Assembly: GCF_009914755.1 (NCBI RefSeq)
Contig: NC_060940.1
Length of the DNA stretch: 64,000 bases
Source: the human T2T-CHM13v2.0 reference genome, Homo sapiens
Strand: one strand, 5' to 3'
Under the pieces are notes generated by a model. That model was not told the origin of the DNA and searched no databases. It saw only the letters and a list, made by a program, of their open reading frames with translations. Shown here one piece after another: positions 62,004 through 64,000 of the stretch. How positions within the stretch are numbered: the stretch's first letter is position 1; the number at the start of each line of letters is the position of its first letter. A program made the position numbers and the translations under genes.

Positions 62004-63085
62004 TCAAAACTAAATTGCCAAATGTTCATTTTTAAAAAGCCAAAAATAACCAACCAACACAATGAGGATAAATTTAAAGTGATCAAGTTTGATTTTTTTA
62101 AAAAACTGTTCAAACATCTTGGTAGTGCTGGGCAGGAAGTTGGCTTTCATTCTGGGTGAGATGAGAAGGCTCTAAGGGGCATAGGACCTGATGTCATGGG
62201 ACCTGATGCAGGCTCTGTCTTAATAGCTGACTCCTGCGTGGAGTAGGTTATTGGGGGATGGGTGGACAGAGACCAGGGAGGAGGCTGGTGCAGGAATCCC
62301 AGTGAGAAATGATGGTGTCCAGGCTAGGCCATAGCAGTAGAGGAAGCAAGATTCTGGAATGCACTTGGAAAATGAAGCCATCTTTGGGCTTGAGCTCAAG
62401 GAAGCATGAAGCTGCCCCTAACTGAAGTGGGGAAGGTGGTCTGGGGAGCAGTTTAGGAGGAGAGATCAGGAGCTCAGTTTCGGACTTGGAAATTTTGAAA
62501 CGCACATGAGGCATCCAGGTGGAGTTGGGAGAATTAAATAATGCTGAAAGGTACTCACTTGGCAAGTAGCAAATATTCGCTATATTGTCTGTTCAACTTT
62601 GTCAACTGCTTTTCCAGTAGAAATGTAGTGTCCTTATCACACATGCATAAATGTTAAACTCAAAAGTAAAATGAAATATTTTCTCAGTAGATATGAATAA
62701 CTTTTTAATTTTTTTGTTTTTTGACATGCGGTCTCACTCTGTTGCCCAGGCTGGAGTGGGGTGGCGAGATCATAGCTCACTGCAGCCTCAAACTCCTGGG
62801 CTCAAGCAATCCTCTGCCACAGCCTCCCGATTAGCTGGGACTACAGGCACACACCACCACGCCCAGCTAATCTTTTATTTTTTGTAGAGACTGAGTTGCA
62901 CAATGTAGCCCAAGCTGGTCTCCAACTCCTGAGCTCAAGCTATCCTCCCACCTCGGCCTCCCAAAGTGTTGGGATTACAGGCGTGAGCCACTGCATCTGG
63001 CTGCTTTTTAATTGTAATATTCATCCTCCATCCATCATACTTAGTGCAAATATTTTTCCCCACCTATTGCCTTCCTATTTCTCTT

Positions 63086-63430
63086 TTATTTCACGTCATT
63101 TAGGGAAGTTTCATTTTTTTGTGAGCTATCACTGATAATTTCTTATTTACTCATCATCTTGTATTTCTCTTCCTTACACATTGGGGAAATGTCTATTCTA
63201 GTTTTTAATGTAAATGTTCTTGTGGCTTTTTTTTAAAAAAAATCAAAATGTGCACATTAAAAAGTTTGAATGGTTCAAAGGGTCCTAAAAAGGGTCCACA
63301 GTGGGAAAGGCTCTCCTGTCCCAGCATTCCCAGACCCCTCCTCAGACACAAGCCTGTCATCAGTTTCCTGTGTAGCTTCCCAGAGTTGGTCTCTATGTAT
63401 GCAAATACACACACATTTAAAATATACACA
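63086..63430 (+). repeat. Local direct repeat, copy 2
   Basis: About 95% identical by eye to 59244-59586. Confidence 0.93.
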
Positions 63431-63523
63431 TGCCACAGCTTTTTAAAATTTGAATTTATGGGCCATGTGCAGTGGCTCACGCCTGTAACCCCAACACTTT
63501 GGGAGGCCGAGGCAGGTGGATCA

Positions 63524-63765
<242 letters not shown>

Positions 63766-64000
63766 TTAGACTCAGGTGCAGAGGCTCACGCCTGTAATCC
63801 CAGCACTTACGGAGGCTGATGAGGGGAGAATCACTTGAGTCCAGTAGTTCAAGACCAGCCTGGGCAACACAGGGAAACTATGTCTCTACAAAAAAATTAA
63901 AATTAGCCTGGCATGGTGGAGTGTGCCTGTTGTCTCACCTACTCAGGAGGGTGAGGCAGGGGAATCACTTGAACTCAGGAGTAGGAGGCTGCATGAGCTA

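Overview
Human genomic DNA (chr16q13), Alu-rich. It holds the complete 16-exon CETP gene on the + strand (ATG 14308, stop 35978). All 15 introns are GT-AG and the joined CDS is 1482 nt = 493 aa, matching human CETP. The window also has the CETP promoter (DR4 LXR element, GA-rich VNTR, intron-1 ER8) and, ~5.7 kb downstream, the CpG-island/ISRE promoter, non-coding exon 1 and first ~22 kb of intron 1 of what is almost certainly NLRC5. The rest is interspersed repeat: dozens of Alus, L1/L2/MIR fragments, ERVL/MLT LTRs, and two solo ERV1 LTRs (LTR2-family and LTR10-family), each nested inside an Alu. Almost all ORFs in the supplied track are Alu-, L2- or simple-repeat artefacts. I found no new gene or stand-alone system. 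The most interesting observations are: a fossil exon-12 extension resembling the rabbit CETP insertion, a stop-free in-frame last intron, two LTR-derived candidate regulators, a tandemly duplicated splice donor in NLRC5 exon 1, and a composite templated insertion in NLRC5 intron 1. Repeat subfamily names, SNP identities and literature links are from recall and need database confirmation.
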